64,000 bases of DNA, from contig CAITQP010000004.1 of NCBI GenBank assembly GCA_903894565.1, forward strand, positions 9,957 through 73,956, given 5' to 3'. The stretch is from an uncultured bacterium (GTDB taxonomy: Bacteria > Patescibacteriota > Minisyncoccia > Phycocordibacterales > UBA9973). The stretch's first letter is position 1; every line of letters begins with the position of its first letter. Below the pieces are notes generated by a model. The model saw nothing but the letters and a program-made list of their open reading frames with translations, had not been told where the DNA came from and did no database searches. Shown one piece after another: positions 10,728-20,186 of the stretch. Both the position numbers and the translations under genes were made by a program.

Positions 10728-10800
10728 AAATTTTCTGGCGCGCACTAAAAAACACGGAGGACTGGGTCGACCGTGTTTTTTAGTGCGCGCCAGAAAATTT
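10728..10800. terminator. very long perfect palindrome (30-bp arms, 13-nt loop), probable bidirectional terminator or protein-binding site
   Basis: Arm 10728-10757 is the exact reverse complement of 10771-10800; it lies between efp and glnA. Confidence 0.5.
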
Positions 10801-10901
10801 GACTTCCCCTATCTATTTTTTCTATACTTAGGAAACAGCCCTTTCTCATGCGATATTCTGTCGGAGAATTTCGTTTTTATTTTTATACGAAGTAAGACAC
10901 C

Positions 10902-11924
10902 ATGAGCAAACAGCCTGCATTTATCTATACCTATATCTGGCTCGACGGGTACACTCCCGAGCCCAACCTCAGGGGTAAGGACAAAATCCTCGAAGGAGAG
11001 AAGACTCTCAAGGAACTTCCAATCTGGTCGTTCGATGGTAGCTCTACGCGCCAAGCCAAAGGACACTTCTCCGACTGTTTACTCCGCCCTGTACGTATGA
11101 TTCCGGATCCCAGTAGGGAGCGGAGTTTTTTAGTTTTGTGCGAAGTTTTGAATCCAGACCAGACACCGCACATATCAAACTATCGCGCACAACTCGAACA
11201 ATACGACAACAAGGACAATTGGTTTGGATTTGAACAAGAGTACGTGCTCGCCGAAAACGGGCGTCCACTCGGCTTCCCTCTCGACCCGAAGAAATTCCCA
11301 AAACCTCAAGGTGAATATTACTGTGGTGTCGGAACAGAAAATGTCGTTGGCCGAGAGATCATGGAAGAACACACAGAACTCTGTCTCCAAGCGGGCATTA
11401 CACTCACCGGAACAAACGCCGAGGTTTTGCTCGGGCAATGGGAATATCAACTCTTTGGCATGGGCACACTCGCAACTGCCGACTATCTCTGGCTCACCCG
11501 ATATATTCTCATCCGCATCGCGGAGCAATATGGAGTCTCGGTCAATCTGCATCCAAAGCCACTCCAAAAAGGAGACTGGAATGGCTCAGGGCTTCACACG
11601 AATTTCTCAACCAAAAAAATGCGCACAACTGGTGGCAAAGATTTGTTCAACCGTATCTACGCGACCTTTGATAAGAACCGCAAACAGCATATGGAACATT
11701 ACGGATCAGACAATCATTTGCGTTTGACTGGCAAACACGAGACACAGTCTATCCATACATTCTCATACGGAGTCGCTGATCGAGGCGCATCAATTCGCAT
11801 TCCACTCGCCACAGAAAAAAATGGCAAAGGATACCTCGAAGATCGTCGTCCGGGATCAAATGGCGACCCATACCGCATTTTGATTGCGATGAGTCAGTCG
11901 CTCAAGGAGGCGAAGGCTTATTAA
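10902..11924 (+). CDS. glnA: glutamine synthetase type II (eukaryote-like GSII, ~340 aa)
   Basis: WSFDGSSTRQAKG (FDGSST motif), GEYYCGVGTENV, and the catalytic-domain signature NGSGLHTNFSTK. Confidence 0.85.
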   Translation: MSKQPAFIYTYIWLDGYTPEPNLRGKDKILEGEKTLKELPIWSFDGSSTRQAKGHFSDCLLRPVRMIPDPSRERSFLVLCEVLNPDQTPHISNYRAQLEQYDNKDNWFGFEQEYVLAENGRPLGFPLDPKKFPKPQGEYYCGVGTENVVGREIMEEHTELCLQAGITLTGTNAEVLLGQWEYQLFGMGTLATADYLWLTRYILIRIAEQYGVSVNLHPKPLQKGDWNGSGLHTNFSTKKMRTTGGKDLFNRIYATFDKNRKQHMEHYGSDNHLRLTGKHETQSIHTFSYGVADRGASIRIPLATEKNGKGYLEDRRPGSNGDPYRILIAMSQSLKEAKAY

Positions 11925-11996
11925 AATAATTACATAAATGCAAAACAACCCCGGCTATTTGTTAGCTGGGATTGTTTGTTGTTCGGCATTAGCATA

Positions 11997-12494
11997 CTAT
12001 TTTGCGGCGTTCTGGTCTGCCCAGAATGTTTTTCGTGGTGGATTTACCACGCTGATTGCTACTTGCAACAAAGCCATGTTTTTCTTTTCCCTTAAATCTT
12101 TGGCAAAGTAACATTTGTCGCCCTCCACCGAGAGGTAGAGGATTTCAATGTTTCCATTTATGGAGAAAACTAGTTCAATCTGGCCAGTAACACAACTAAC
12201 CTTAACGGTAGTTTGACTGCTCCTAAATTGCCATTCGCCCTCGTTATTATGGTGATACATTTCCACCAAATACGATGATAGCGAATCGGGAACTTCGATT
12301 GTTTCAGTTTCCGTACTAATAGTCCCCTTGATTTGCATATCCTGACTTATTTTTTGCAATGACTGGCTGGTCCGTATGTAGTTGTTGACAGCCTCATCAT
12401 CTGTTGTCGCTTTTTTCCTTCCGGTATTTTTGCTCTGACAGAATGAAGGGAGGACAATAAATAGTGCGAGAAGTACTGTAATTAGCTTTTTCAT
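11997..12494 (-). CDS. hypothetical secreted/lipoprotein
   Basis: Signal peptide MKKLITVLLALFIVLPSFC; no recognisable domain. Confidence 0.4.
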   Translation of the reverse strand: MKKLITVLLALFIVLPSFCQSKNTGRKKATTDDEAVNNYIRTSQSLQKISQDMQIKGTISTETETIEVPDSLSSYLVEMYHHNNEGEWQFRSSQTTVKVSCVTGQIELVFSINGNIEILYLSVEGDKCYFAKDLREKKNMALLQVAISVVNPPRKTFWADQNAAK

Positions 12495-12645
12495 GAGCTT
12501 TGTTTTTGGTTTTGTGAAATTAAAAATGAATTGATTATCAGATATATGATAGCACATATAGAATAAAAAGTCAATACCTAGCCAAAAAACCTTCCTCCTG
12601 AAAGGACCCCATTTAAAATGGCAATTTTAACCGTTCTAAAAGCTA

Positions 12646-13518
12646 TTATTCCAGCTTTCCAGTCAGTATATTGAGTGTGTATGGGGTATCACCGAATACA
12701 AAAGAAACAGTGTGCCCGTTGCTTAGTAAATTTTTTGTTGTTGTGAGACCGGAGAATGTATAGTAATCAGGCTTCAGGATTGAGCGAGCAGTGATCGGTG
12801 CACCATTCAGTGAGATCGCGACAGCCTTTGGATCTCCATTTTCGGTTGGTCCAGCACATGTGACGGAGAAAGCGATTGAATCTTTCCCAAAATGGTACTG
12901 TTCGCTCATGTCGTAACACACATTCGCGGTGAACTCACTGTCGGCTTTTGGATCATGACACGATGAGCCGATCGAGCCTGTCGCAACATTTGCAACTGCC
13001 CCAGTGCGAATATTGTATGTATTATAATTCACCCTCGCACCAGACTGACATCCAGCCCCTTCTCCGTCGATATTACTATAGAGAAGAGTATCTGCGTCCA
13101 CAAAAGTCATCAGCTCTTTTTGATTGTTCGTCGGATATGGATAATACTGTGATCCATAACTATACGAATCAAGGATTGGCTTCACTGTCGCACCGTCTTG
13201 AAGAAACAGTGAATAGTTCTGGTTTTTACTTGCACACCCTTTCGCTGTACCAAGCGCATACTCTCCTTTCACATATGGGTTTTCGACAGCATATGCGACA
13301 TCGCAATTGATTCCATTTGCATTGATTGTTGTCAGTGCCGAGACGCCACCAGCATTTGGTTCGTTATTTGTAGCAGAAGTTTGTGTAAAGGGAAGAGGTT
13401 GAACCGTAGCCTTCTCGAATGGACCCACATGATAGAATCGTGCGACAACGAAATATGTAGCGAGCACGAGCACAATAATAAGAAAAAACTGCTTTAAAAA
13501 TGAGCGAGGGTGTTCCAT
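12646..13518 (-). CDS. hypothetical secreted Cys-containing protein (N-terminal TM/signal anchor)
   Basis: One N-terminal hydrophobic helix with multiple Cys in a beta-rich domain; no recognisable family. Confidence 0.4.
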   Translation of the reverse strand: MEHPRSFLKQFFLIIVLVLATYFVVARFYHVGPFEKATVQPLPFTQTSATNNEPNAGGVSALTTINANGINCDVAYAVENPYVKGEYALGTAKGCASKNQNYSLFLQDGATVKPILDSYSYGSQYYPYPTNNQKELMTFVDADTLLYSNIDGEGAGCQSGARVNYNTYNIRTGAVANVATGSIGSSCHDPKADSEFTANVCYDMSEQYHFGKDSIAFSVTCAGPTENGDPKAVAISLNGAPITARSILKPDYYTFSGLTTTKNLLSNGHTVSFVFGDTPYTLNILTGKLE

Positions 13519-13544
13519 TCAGCAATTATCTCACATGCTACATA

Positions 13545-13585
13545 CAAAAACAAAACACGGCCCTATGGCCGTGTTTTGTTTTGCG
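13545..13585 (-). terminator. rho-independent terminator (aaaacacggcc-ctat-ggccgtgtttt)
   Basis: Perfect hairpin plus a T-run, 3' of rpsR. Confidence 0.65.
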
Positions 13586-13599
13586 GAAATCCGCGAGAA

Positions 13600-13800
13600 C
13601 TACTTCTGAATGTATGGGAGAAGTCCCATGAATCGTGCACGCTTGACCGCGAGCGCTACTTTGCGCTGATTACCAGACGAGAGTCCAGTACGGCGGCGAG
13701 ACATGATCTTCGCAGTTGGCCCAAGGAATTTCTTGATTACCTCAAGATCCTTGTAGTCGACATGCTTGATGTTGTTTGATGAGAAAAAATCTTGTTTCAT
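13600..13800 (-). CDS. rpsR: 30S ribosomal protein S18
   Basis: 66 aa; RRRTGLSSGNQRKVALAVKRARFMGLLPY is an S18 signature. Confidence 0.85.
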   Translation of the reverse strand: MKQDFFSSNNIKHVDYKDLEVIKKFLGPTAKIMSRRRTGLSSGNQRKVALAVKRARFMGLLPYIQK

Positions 13801-13829
13801 TTTCTATAATCGAATACTAGTAATGGTGA

Positions 13830-14294
13830 TTAGAACGGGATGTCTTCAGCATTGATGTCGTCATCGGGATAGTCAATCGTCTCGACATCTTTTCCGCCCT
13901 GACTCATCGGACTGTTGCTCTGTGGATCGTTTGATCCTGCGACAGTCGTACCGCCCGAAGTCGCTCCACCACGAGGTCCAAATTGGACTCGATCAGCAAC
14001 GATTTCTGTACGGTAATTCTTCTTGCCATCTGCACCATCCCACGATCGTGTCTGGATGCGACCCTCAATCATGAGCATCGAACCCTTCTTGATGTATTGT
14101 GCGACAGTCTCAGCTTGGCGACCGAAGACAACGACGTTGTGAAAATCAGTTTGTTCTTTCTTTGCACCAGCTTGGTCTTTCCAGACACGATTGGTTGCAA
14201 CAGAAAGTGAAGTAACTTTTGCACCGGACGGTAATGCTTTGATCTCAGGGTCGCGTGTAACGTTTCCAATGATGATCGCTTTGTTGTAAAACAT
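13830..14294 (-). CDS. ssb: single-stranded DNA-binding protein
   Basis: OB fold (NKAIIIGNVTRDPE), a Gly-rich tail, and the acidic C-terminus DDDINAEDIPF. Confidence 0.9.
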   Translation of the reverse strand: MFYNKAIIIGNVTRDPEIKALPSGAKVTSLSVATNRVWKDQAGAKKEQTDFHNVVVFGRQAETVAQYIKKGSMLMIEGRIQTRSWDGADGKKNYRTEIVADRVQFGPRGGATSGGTTVAGSNDPQSNSPMSQGGKDVETIDYPDDDINAEDIPF

Positions 14295-14298
14295 GTGT

Positions 14299-14802
14299 TT
14301 AGGCTGCAGCCTTATCGTCTACAAGAGCTTCGATCTCGCGATCAATCTCTTCTTTTGACATTTCGGGAGCAGCAGACTCCTTACCTGACTCATCCTTCGT
14401 GCGTCGACGAACGCCGAAGCCCCTCTTGCTAGCAATCGTATTCTCACGAACTGTACTGACGAGAAGATGGCGGATAACGTCGGTGCGAAGACGAAGACTT
14501 GCTTCGAGTTCAGCAACCTTTGCTCCTTCGAGCTCAAACTTGATCCAGCCGAAGTAACCGTTGTTGAAGCGTTCGATCTTGTTGTTGATCGTCTTCTCCA
14601 TCGTGTACGCGAGAGGGATATGCTTAGGGAACTCCTCAGAGATAGCTACCGCGCCACGGGCGAGGATAGAATCTTTGAGTGTACCAAATACTTCAGGAAG
14701 TTTTTCTTCCGTGATATCTGGCACAAGAAGGAAACCGAGTTCGTAAACTCCGTTATCGCTTCCTTCTGTTTGGGTCATTTCTTCCATTGGAATAATCTGC
14801 AA
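14299..14802 (-). CDS. rpsF: 30S ribosomal protein S6 (with N/C extensions)
   Basis: YELGFLLVPDI...LAYTM...DVIRHLLV core, in the conserved rpsF-ssb-rpsR arrangement. Confidence 0.75.
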   Translation of the reverse strand: MQIIPMEEMTQTEGSDNGVYELGFLLVPDITEEKLPEVFGTLKDSILARGAVAISEEFPKHIPLAYTMEKTINNKIERFNNGYFGWIKFELEGAKVAELEASLRLRTDVIRHLLVSTVRENTIASKRGFGVRRRTKDESGKESAAPEMSKEEIDREIEALVDDKAAA

Positions 14803-14925
14803 AAACTTTGTAATAAAAGCCTAAAAATAAGGCTTGTCGTCTTGTTTCGGACCATGGCGATAGAGCTATCAGTGCCCTATCGAACAAGACTCTTTGAGAC
14901 TAACACGAAATCAGAAATTGGGCAA

Positions 14926-15435
14926 TTAGAGCTTCTCTGGGAAGAGAAGGTACATTTGAGCATGATCGTAATAGGTATTCCCTATCTTTGTCGCATTGTG
15001 CAAGACACCCTCTTCGACAAAACCAAAGCTTTTGTAAAGCGCGACTGCATTCGTTTGTAAAACATTCACCCCGAGTTCCACTTTGCTAATTTTGGGATGT
15101 GCTTGAAGATCGGCCAGAACCCGCTCTAGGATTTTACGACCAACACCCTGCCCTCTATAGAATGGATCTACATAAAAACCGACAACATGAGCGACATGTT
15201 CAGTCTTTTTTGTTTTCTCATAGTGCACACCAATGAGACCTACCGGATTCCCACCCACGCGCGCGATATATTTTGGTCCCGCTTCGAATTTCTTGCGCCA
15301 CGCATCTTCATTCAAATCAACGTTCTCTTCGTACGAAGAGCCGTAAGCGATTGAATCACTCTCTAAAGCTGGGAGCCACAAATCTTTCAAAATCTTCCAG
15401 TTGTCGACAGTAAGAATTTCGATTGTTGTATCCAT
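14926..15435 (-). CDS. GNAT family N-acetyltransferase
   Basis: Acetyl-CoA binding motif RGQGVGRKILERV. Confidence 0.7.
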   Translation of the reverse strand: MDTTIEILTVDNWKILKDLWLPALESDSIAYGSSYEENVDLNEDAWRKKFEAGPKYIARVGGNPVGLIGVHYEKTKKTEHVAHVVGFYVDPFYRGQGVGRKILERVLADLQAHPKISKVELGVNVLQTNAVALYKSFGFVEEGVLHNATKIGNTYYDHAQMYLLFPEKL

Positions 15436-15438
15436 ATA

Positions 15439-16041
15439 TTACTTCGTTGCGACAGCTTCAATGAAAGCTGATTTGTAATAATGATATACGGATGAGGTTT
15501 TTCGAATTTTTATGATCGTAAAATTATGAAGCTTTTCGGCCATATACTCCTTTGAGAAAAAATGACGGACATGGTCATCTTTATACATATTTTCTCCAAC
15601 CTTTTTCCCTTTTCCAAATAATGCATCGTCGACAGACTTACATTTTATAAAAATACTGCCTCCCTTTTTAAGCATCTTGTATAAATCCTCAAAAACCTTG
15701 GTCGTCGTTTTGTCATCAAAATAATGCAAACTCAAATGGGCATAAATAACATCGAATGAATTTGATTTGAACTGCATTCGCGATATATCAGAAAGTACAC
15801 ACTCAATATCTTTGTTCTCTGACTGTAATTGCTTGACGCCACTTCCCGCAAAATCAACGGCAGTAACTTTGAGTCCTTTGTTTGCGAAGTACACTGAATC
15901 GCGACCATTACCACACCCAACATCGAGAATCGTTTTGTAACTTTTATTCGCGACTTGCTTATAAACACGCTCCGCAAAATTATTGGCCGGTTCATTTGAA
16001 CGTGACTTCCATTTTGTATTCCAATATGACGCGTTACTCAT
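15439..16041 (-). CDS. class I SAM-dependent methyltransferase
   Basis: Motif I ILDVGCGNGRDSVYFA. Confidence 0.75.
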   Translation of the reverse strand: MSNASYWNTKWKSRSNEPANNFAERVYKQVANKSYKTILDVGCGNGRDSVYFANKGLKVTAVDFAGSGVKQLQSENKDIECVLSDISRMQFKSNSFDVIYAHLSLHYFDDKTTTKVFEDLYKMLKKGGSIFIKCKSVDDALFGKGKKVGENMYKDDHVRHFFSKEYMAEKLHNFTIIKIRKTSSVYHYYKSAFIEAVATK

Positions 16042-16050
16042 ACAGTTTGG

Positions 16051-16896
16051 TTAGAAACCGAACACTCGTTTTGCATTTGCGACGAGCTGGGCACGAACAA
16101 GTTCTTCGTCGAGACCTTTGATGCGGGCGATAGCTTTGACTACTTCGCGTACATGCATTGGCTCGTTACGCTTGCCTCGGAATGGCTTTGGGGTGATGTA
16201 TGGGCAATCTGTCTCGGTGAGCATCATGTCGAGTGGAGTGTTGCGTACAACTTCGTCATAATCGCTCGTGAAGGTAATGACACCAGTGAATGAAAGTGTG
16301 AACCCAAGATCAAGGAAAAGTTTTGCTTCTTCCCATGTGCCGGCGAAGAAATGAATGTCCCCTTTTACTTTGGCATGTTCGCGGAGAATATCGGCGGCGT
16401 CTTTGTAAGCATTTCGAATGTGGCACATGAGTGGCTTCCCAACTTTGTTTGCGACCTCAATATGCTGGATGAAAATCTTTTTTTGTCGATCGATAATTTC
16501 CTGACCAAGAGCAGGATCATTGTCAGCACTTTCCATATGGTAGTAGTCGAGTCCGCACTCGCCGATGGCGCGAACTTTTGGATCCTGTGCAAGTGCATCA
16601 TAAAACGCAGGGTCAAATTCTTCTCCGCGCGAAGTGAATGCCTTACCCTCTTCGCCGAGCTCTTTGACATCGTGGTGAGATTTCGAAGTGTGCACTGGAT
16701 GAAGTGCAATCGCAGCATAGACTCCGTGCTCGTATCGATTTGCAATCTCAACGGCAAACTTCGATGTATCTTGTTGGGTTCCGACGTTCATCACGTGTAC
16801 ACCTGCTTCAAGCGCACGCGCCATAGTCGCCTCTCGATCTTCATCGAAAGCTTTAAAATTCACATGAGCATGTACGTCGCAATATTTTGGATCCAT
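16051..16896 (-). CDS. tatD: TatD-family metal-dependent hydrolase/DNase
   Basis: CDVHAHVN, AIGECGLDY, and a conserved His/Asp pattern. Confidence 0.8.
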   Translation of the reverse strand: MDPKYCDVHAHVNFKAFDEDREATMARALEAGVHVMNVGTQQDTSKFAVEIANRYEHGVYAAIALHPVHTSKSHHDVKELGEEGKAFTSRGEEFDPAFYDALAQDPKVRAIGECGLDYYHMESADNDPALGQEIIDRQKKIFIQHIEVANKVGKPLMCHIRNAYKDAADILREHAKVKGDIHFFAGTWEEAKLFLDLGFTLSFTGVITFTSDYDEVVRNTPLDMMLTETDCPYITPKPFRGKRNEPMHVREVVKAIARIKGLDEELVRAQLVANAKRVFGF

Positions 16897-16899
16897 ATA

Positions 16900-18396
16900 T
16901 TATTCTTTACGCAAAAACAGTGGCGCTTCTGGTTTTTTCTTTTCTTTTATCAAAGTTTGTATTGCCACCGAAGTAGTAGGCATGATTGGCATAAGAAGCT
17001 CTGAGATATCAAACAATTGCTGAGTTGCCTTCTGGAGATCCTTTTTTGCTGTTTCTGGATCAGTTTTTATGAGACGAAATGGTTCACGTCTCTGAATAAA
17101 TTCATCAATCTCTGTAACAATATCCCAGATGTCAGATAACGCATTTTGAATATTAAAGTGCTCCAATTCTTTCGCAACAGCTTCATGTATATTACCGATT
17201 CTGTTGTCTTTGTTCACATTTGAAATATCAACATCATATGAAACAACCATGTTCATAAGACGACTCGTTAAATTGCCAATTCCATTCGCGAGATGCGCGT
17301 TGTAGGAAGCTTTAAATCGCTCTGGCGTAAACGGACTATCTTCAAAACTTGAGATTTCTTTCGCGAGGAAAAATCGAAGGGCGTCAGTGCCATATTCTGC
17401 CACAATATCTTTTGGATCGACGACGTTGCCGAGAGTCTTGCTCATCTTCACCCCACCATCGGCGGTAATGAATCCATTGATGACGATCTGGTGTGAACAA
17501 TATTTTCCAATTTCATTCGGATTTTTCGGATCATCGAAGGCTGCCATGAGCATGGCTTGCCACATTGCAGATTGGAAACGGAGATTGTCTTTGCCACAGT
17601 ACTGCGTTGGCGTGCCTTCAATCCAGAACTTTTTGAAATCGCCATTCGCAACACTTTCAGCATCAGGCCAACCGAGTGTGGAGATATAGTTTGTGAGCGC
17701 ATCAAACCACACGTACATGACATGATTCTCATCCCCTGGCACTGGAATACCCCACGGCATTTTGGTCTTCAAGCGTGAAATAGAAAAATCTTCGAGGCCG
17801 CGCGCGACGAATGCTTTGATCTCATTGAAACGAAAATCTGGTACAACGAAATCAGGGCGCGTAGTATAAAACGCAGTGAGCTTGTCGGTGAATACAGAAT
17901 ATTTGAAGAAATAGTTTTCTTCTTCGATGATCTCAAGTGCACGACCTGGATGCACCGGACATTCCCCATTCACGAGTTCTGAATCGGTCTTTGCTTCTTC
18001 ACAGCCAACACAATATTTCGTTTGGTAATTCTTCTTGTAAATATATCCATTCTTGTCACAACGACTCCAGAATTCTTGCGCGGCTTTCTCGTGACTTGAA
18101 TTCGTTGTTCGTGCGTAGTGGAGAATACTTTCATCGAGGCCGAAAATTTTGACGGAGTCTTGAAAGCGAGCGAAGCTCGCGTCGACGAATTCTTGTGGAG
18201 TCTGTCCATTCGCCACTGCCTTCTCGTAGATCTTCATGCCATGCTCGTCTGTCCCCGTATTGAAAAACACATCATACCCTTCGGCCTTTTTGGATCGAGC
18301 GATAATATCTGCGCGCACAAATTCAAGCGCATGTCCCATATGAAGGTCGGCATTTACATACGGAAGTGTGGTGGTGAGGTAGAAGTTTTTGGACAT
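16900..18396 (-). CDS. metG: methionyl-tRNA synthetase (short form)
   Basis: HIGH motif (PYVNADLHMGHALE), KMSKS motif (KMSKTLGN), and a zinc knuckle CxxC...CPVH. Confidence 0.9.
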   Translation of the reverse strand: MSKNFYLTTTLPYVNADLHMGHALEFVRADIIARSKKAEGYDVFFNTGTDEHGMKIYEKAVANGQTPQEFVDASFARFQDSVKIFGLDESILHYARTTNSSHEKAAQEFWSRCDKNGYIYKKNYQTKYCVGCEEAKTDSELVNGECPVHPGRALEIIEEENYFFKYSVFTDKLTAFYTTRPDFVVPDFRFNEIKAFVARGLEDFSISRLKTKMPWGIPVPGDENHVMYVWFDALTNYISTLGWPDAESVANGDFKKFWIEGTPTQYCGKDNLRFQSAMWQAMLMAAFDDPKNPNEIGKYCSHQIVINGFITADGGVKMSKTLGNVVDPKDIVAEYGTDALRFFLAKEISSFEDSPFTPERFKASYNAHLANGIGNLTSRLMNMVVSYDVDISNVNKDNRIGNIHEAVAKELEHFNIQNALSDIWDIVTEIDEFIQRREPFRLIKTDPETAKKDLQKATQQLFDISELLMPIMPTTSVAIQTLIKEKKKPEAPLFLRKE

Positions 18397-18420
18397 GATG
18401 ATTGATACTACACGGCTTTG

Positions 18421-19479
18421 TTAAATCGGCAAACCTTTTTTCCTTTTGACGTCGGCGAGGAATTCCATGAGAAGCACAGTCGCTGGAATAGCGAGCACGA
18501 CGCCCCAGAAACCTGCTAGTTTGAGTCCTACGAGCAGTGAGAGCACGACCATGAGCGATGAGACGCCCACGACCTTTTGCACGATGAGTGGCGAAATAAG
18601 GTTAAGTTCAAATTGATGCACAATGAGATAAAGTCCTGCGACCTCAAACGCACCTGTCGCACCATGGCTCGAAAATCCAGCCGCTATTGCCGGAATGGCT
18701 GCGAGAATAATACCAAATGGAATGAGCTCCATCACTGCTGCAAGCAAGGCAAGGAGCAACGAGTACTGCACATTAAAAATGAGAAGGCCGAGATAGATGA
18801 GTACGCCAACAAGGAGAGCGAGCAAGAGTTGCCCTTGAAACCACAAACCGATTTTGCGCTCAGTGCGATACCATAAATCGACTGCGTAATCAGAATAGCG
18901 AGATGGCGTAACAATGCGAAGAAATGTCTCAATACCTTTGTCATTGATCGAGAGATAGAATGAGAGCACGATGAGAATGACGAAGTTGAATACTCCACCA
19001 AAAAGCGCTATCGCAGTTTGCAGTGCACCGCCTGTCTCCCCCGATGCGAGTGATTGAAAATTCTGGAAAATGCCTGAGACATTGAATCCATCTGTTGTGC
19101 CGAGCGACGTAGTCGCGGGCAAATATTTGTCGATGAACGAAGAGAATTGTCCAAACTGTGACAAAAATACTGGGATGAAGAGATAGAGCAATCCGCCACA
19201 AATAAGCAGCACGAGGAAGTAAATAATCATCACCGCAATTGTTCGACGGATACCATGCTTGTGAAATCGGCGCACAGCGGACTCAACGAATGAGGCAATA
19301 ACGATCGAAGTGAGGAATACGTAAACAAGCTCGCGCAAATAGTAGAGCATGCCGAGAAATACGATAAAAAGCACGCCATATACGATACTGCGCTCACTTA
19401 CGTGTATTCTTTGGGTTTCGGTCTTGTCCATATATTTATAATAGCATTTCCCAATTCTGGGGGATACCACTATACCCAA
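18421..19479 (-). CDS. AI-2E family (PerM/UPF0118) transporter
   Basis: About eight TM helices with AI-2E topology. Confidence 0.65.
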   Translation of the reverse strand: MGIVVSPRIGKCYYKYMDKTETQRIHVSERSIVYGVLFIVFLGMLYYLRELVYVFLTSIVIASFVESAVRRFHKHGIRRTIAVMIIYFLVLLICGGLLYLFIPVFLSQFGQFSSFIDKYLPATTSLGTTDGFNVSGIFQNFQSLASGETGGALQTAIALFGGVFNFVILIVLSFYLSINDKGIETFLRIVTPSRYSDYAVDLWYRTERKIGLWFQGQLLLALLVGVLIYLGLLIFNVQYSLLLALLAAVMELIPFGIILAAIPAIAAGFSSHGATGAFEVAGLYLIVHQFELNLISPLIVQKVVGVSSLMVVLSLLVGLKLAGFWGVVLAIPATVLLMEFLADVKRKKGLPI

Positions 19480-19571
19480 AACCCTTTAGGGCTAGTTCCA
19501 AGATGTTGAACTTGTACGAGGTATTGACGCAATATATTTAATATGTTTAAATATATACAAACCAATTTAAA

Positions 19572-20117
19572 ATGAAAAAGCTACACAGCATCGTACTTAT
19601 CGCAATCGGCTTGGGATTATTTTCCTGCCAAAACCGCTCAGCCTCGCTAACAAAAGAAGAGGTGGCCAAGATGATTGACTCAATACAAGAAGCTAAATTC
19701 GAGCAATTAACAAGTTGGCAGGTGGAAAGAGATAGAGTTGGAATCTATCTAGATAAACAAACAACAGCAAGGTATTTAACCCTTACTCAAAAAATCATAA
19801 ACGAGAGGGACTCTTCGTTTTACCGTTTAAAAAACGGAAGGGTTGGTAAAAAAGAAAAAATAACGATTGGTGAACACGAGTATCTGTTCACCGCACAGGA
19901 CACGTGTGGTAAGCAGAACGCTCGTCTATGGTTTCACGTTTCCGAGGAGAATAATGAGTTTCCCCGGAAACAAGTCTATTTTGAATACAGTAAAAAACAA
20001 CATCGTGGTTGTTTAGTATCAGTTCTTTTTAGAGAAGCTGGCTATGGTAAGTGCCTTTCCGACAGCGTTACTGTGCACAATGAATTCAAAAGCCTCATAA
20101 AACAGCTTTGTGAATAA
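19572..20117 (+). CDS. hypothetical lipoprotein
   Basis: Lipobox-like signal MKKLHSIVLIAIGLGLFSC. Confidence 0.45.
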   Translation: MKKLHSIVLIAIGLGLFSCQNRSASLTKEEVAKMIDSIQEAKFEQLTSWQVERDRVGIYLDKQTTARYLTLTQKIINERDSSFYRLKNGRVGKKEKITIGEHEYLFTAQDTCGKQNARLWFHVSEENNEFPRKQVYFEYSKKQHRGCLVSVLFREAGYGKCLSDSVTVHNEFKSLIKQLCE

Positions 20118-20138
20118 CAAAAAATTAAGTAATAAGAA

Positions 20139-20170
20139 ATAGGGAAACATCATTGTTCCCCTATTTTTTA
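20139..20170. terminator. bidirectional terminator hairpin (atagggaaaca-tcat-tgttcccctat + T-run)
   Basis: Lies between convergent genes at 20117 (+) and 20187 (-). Confidence 0.55.
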
Positions 20171-20186
20171 TTTACCCTTATTCCAC

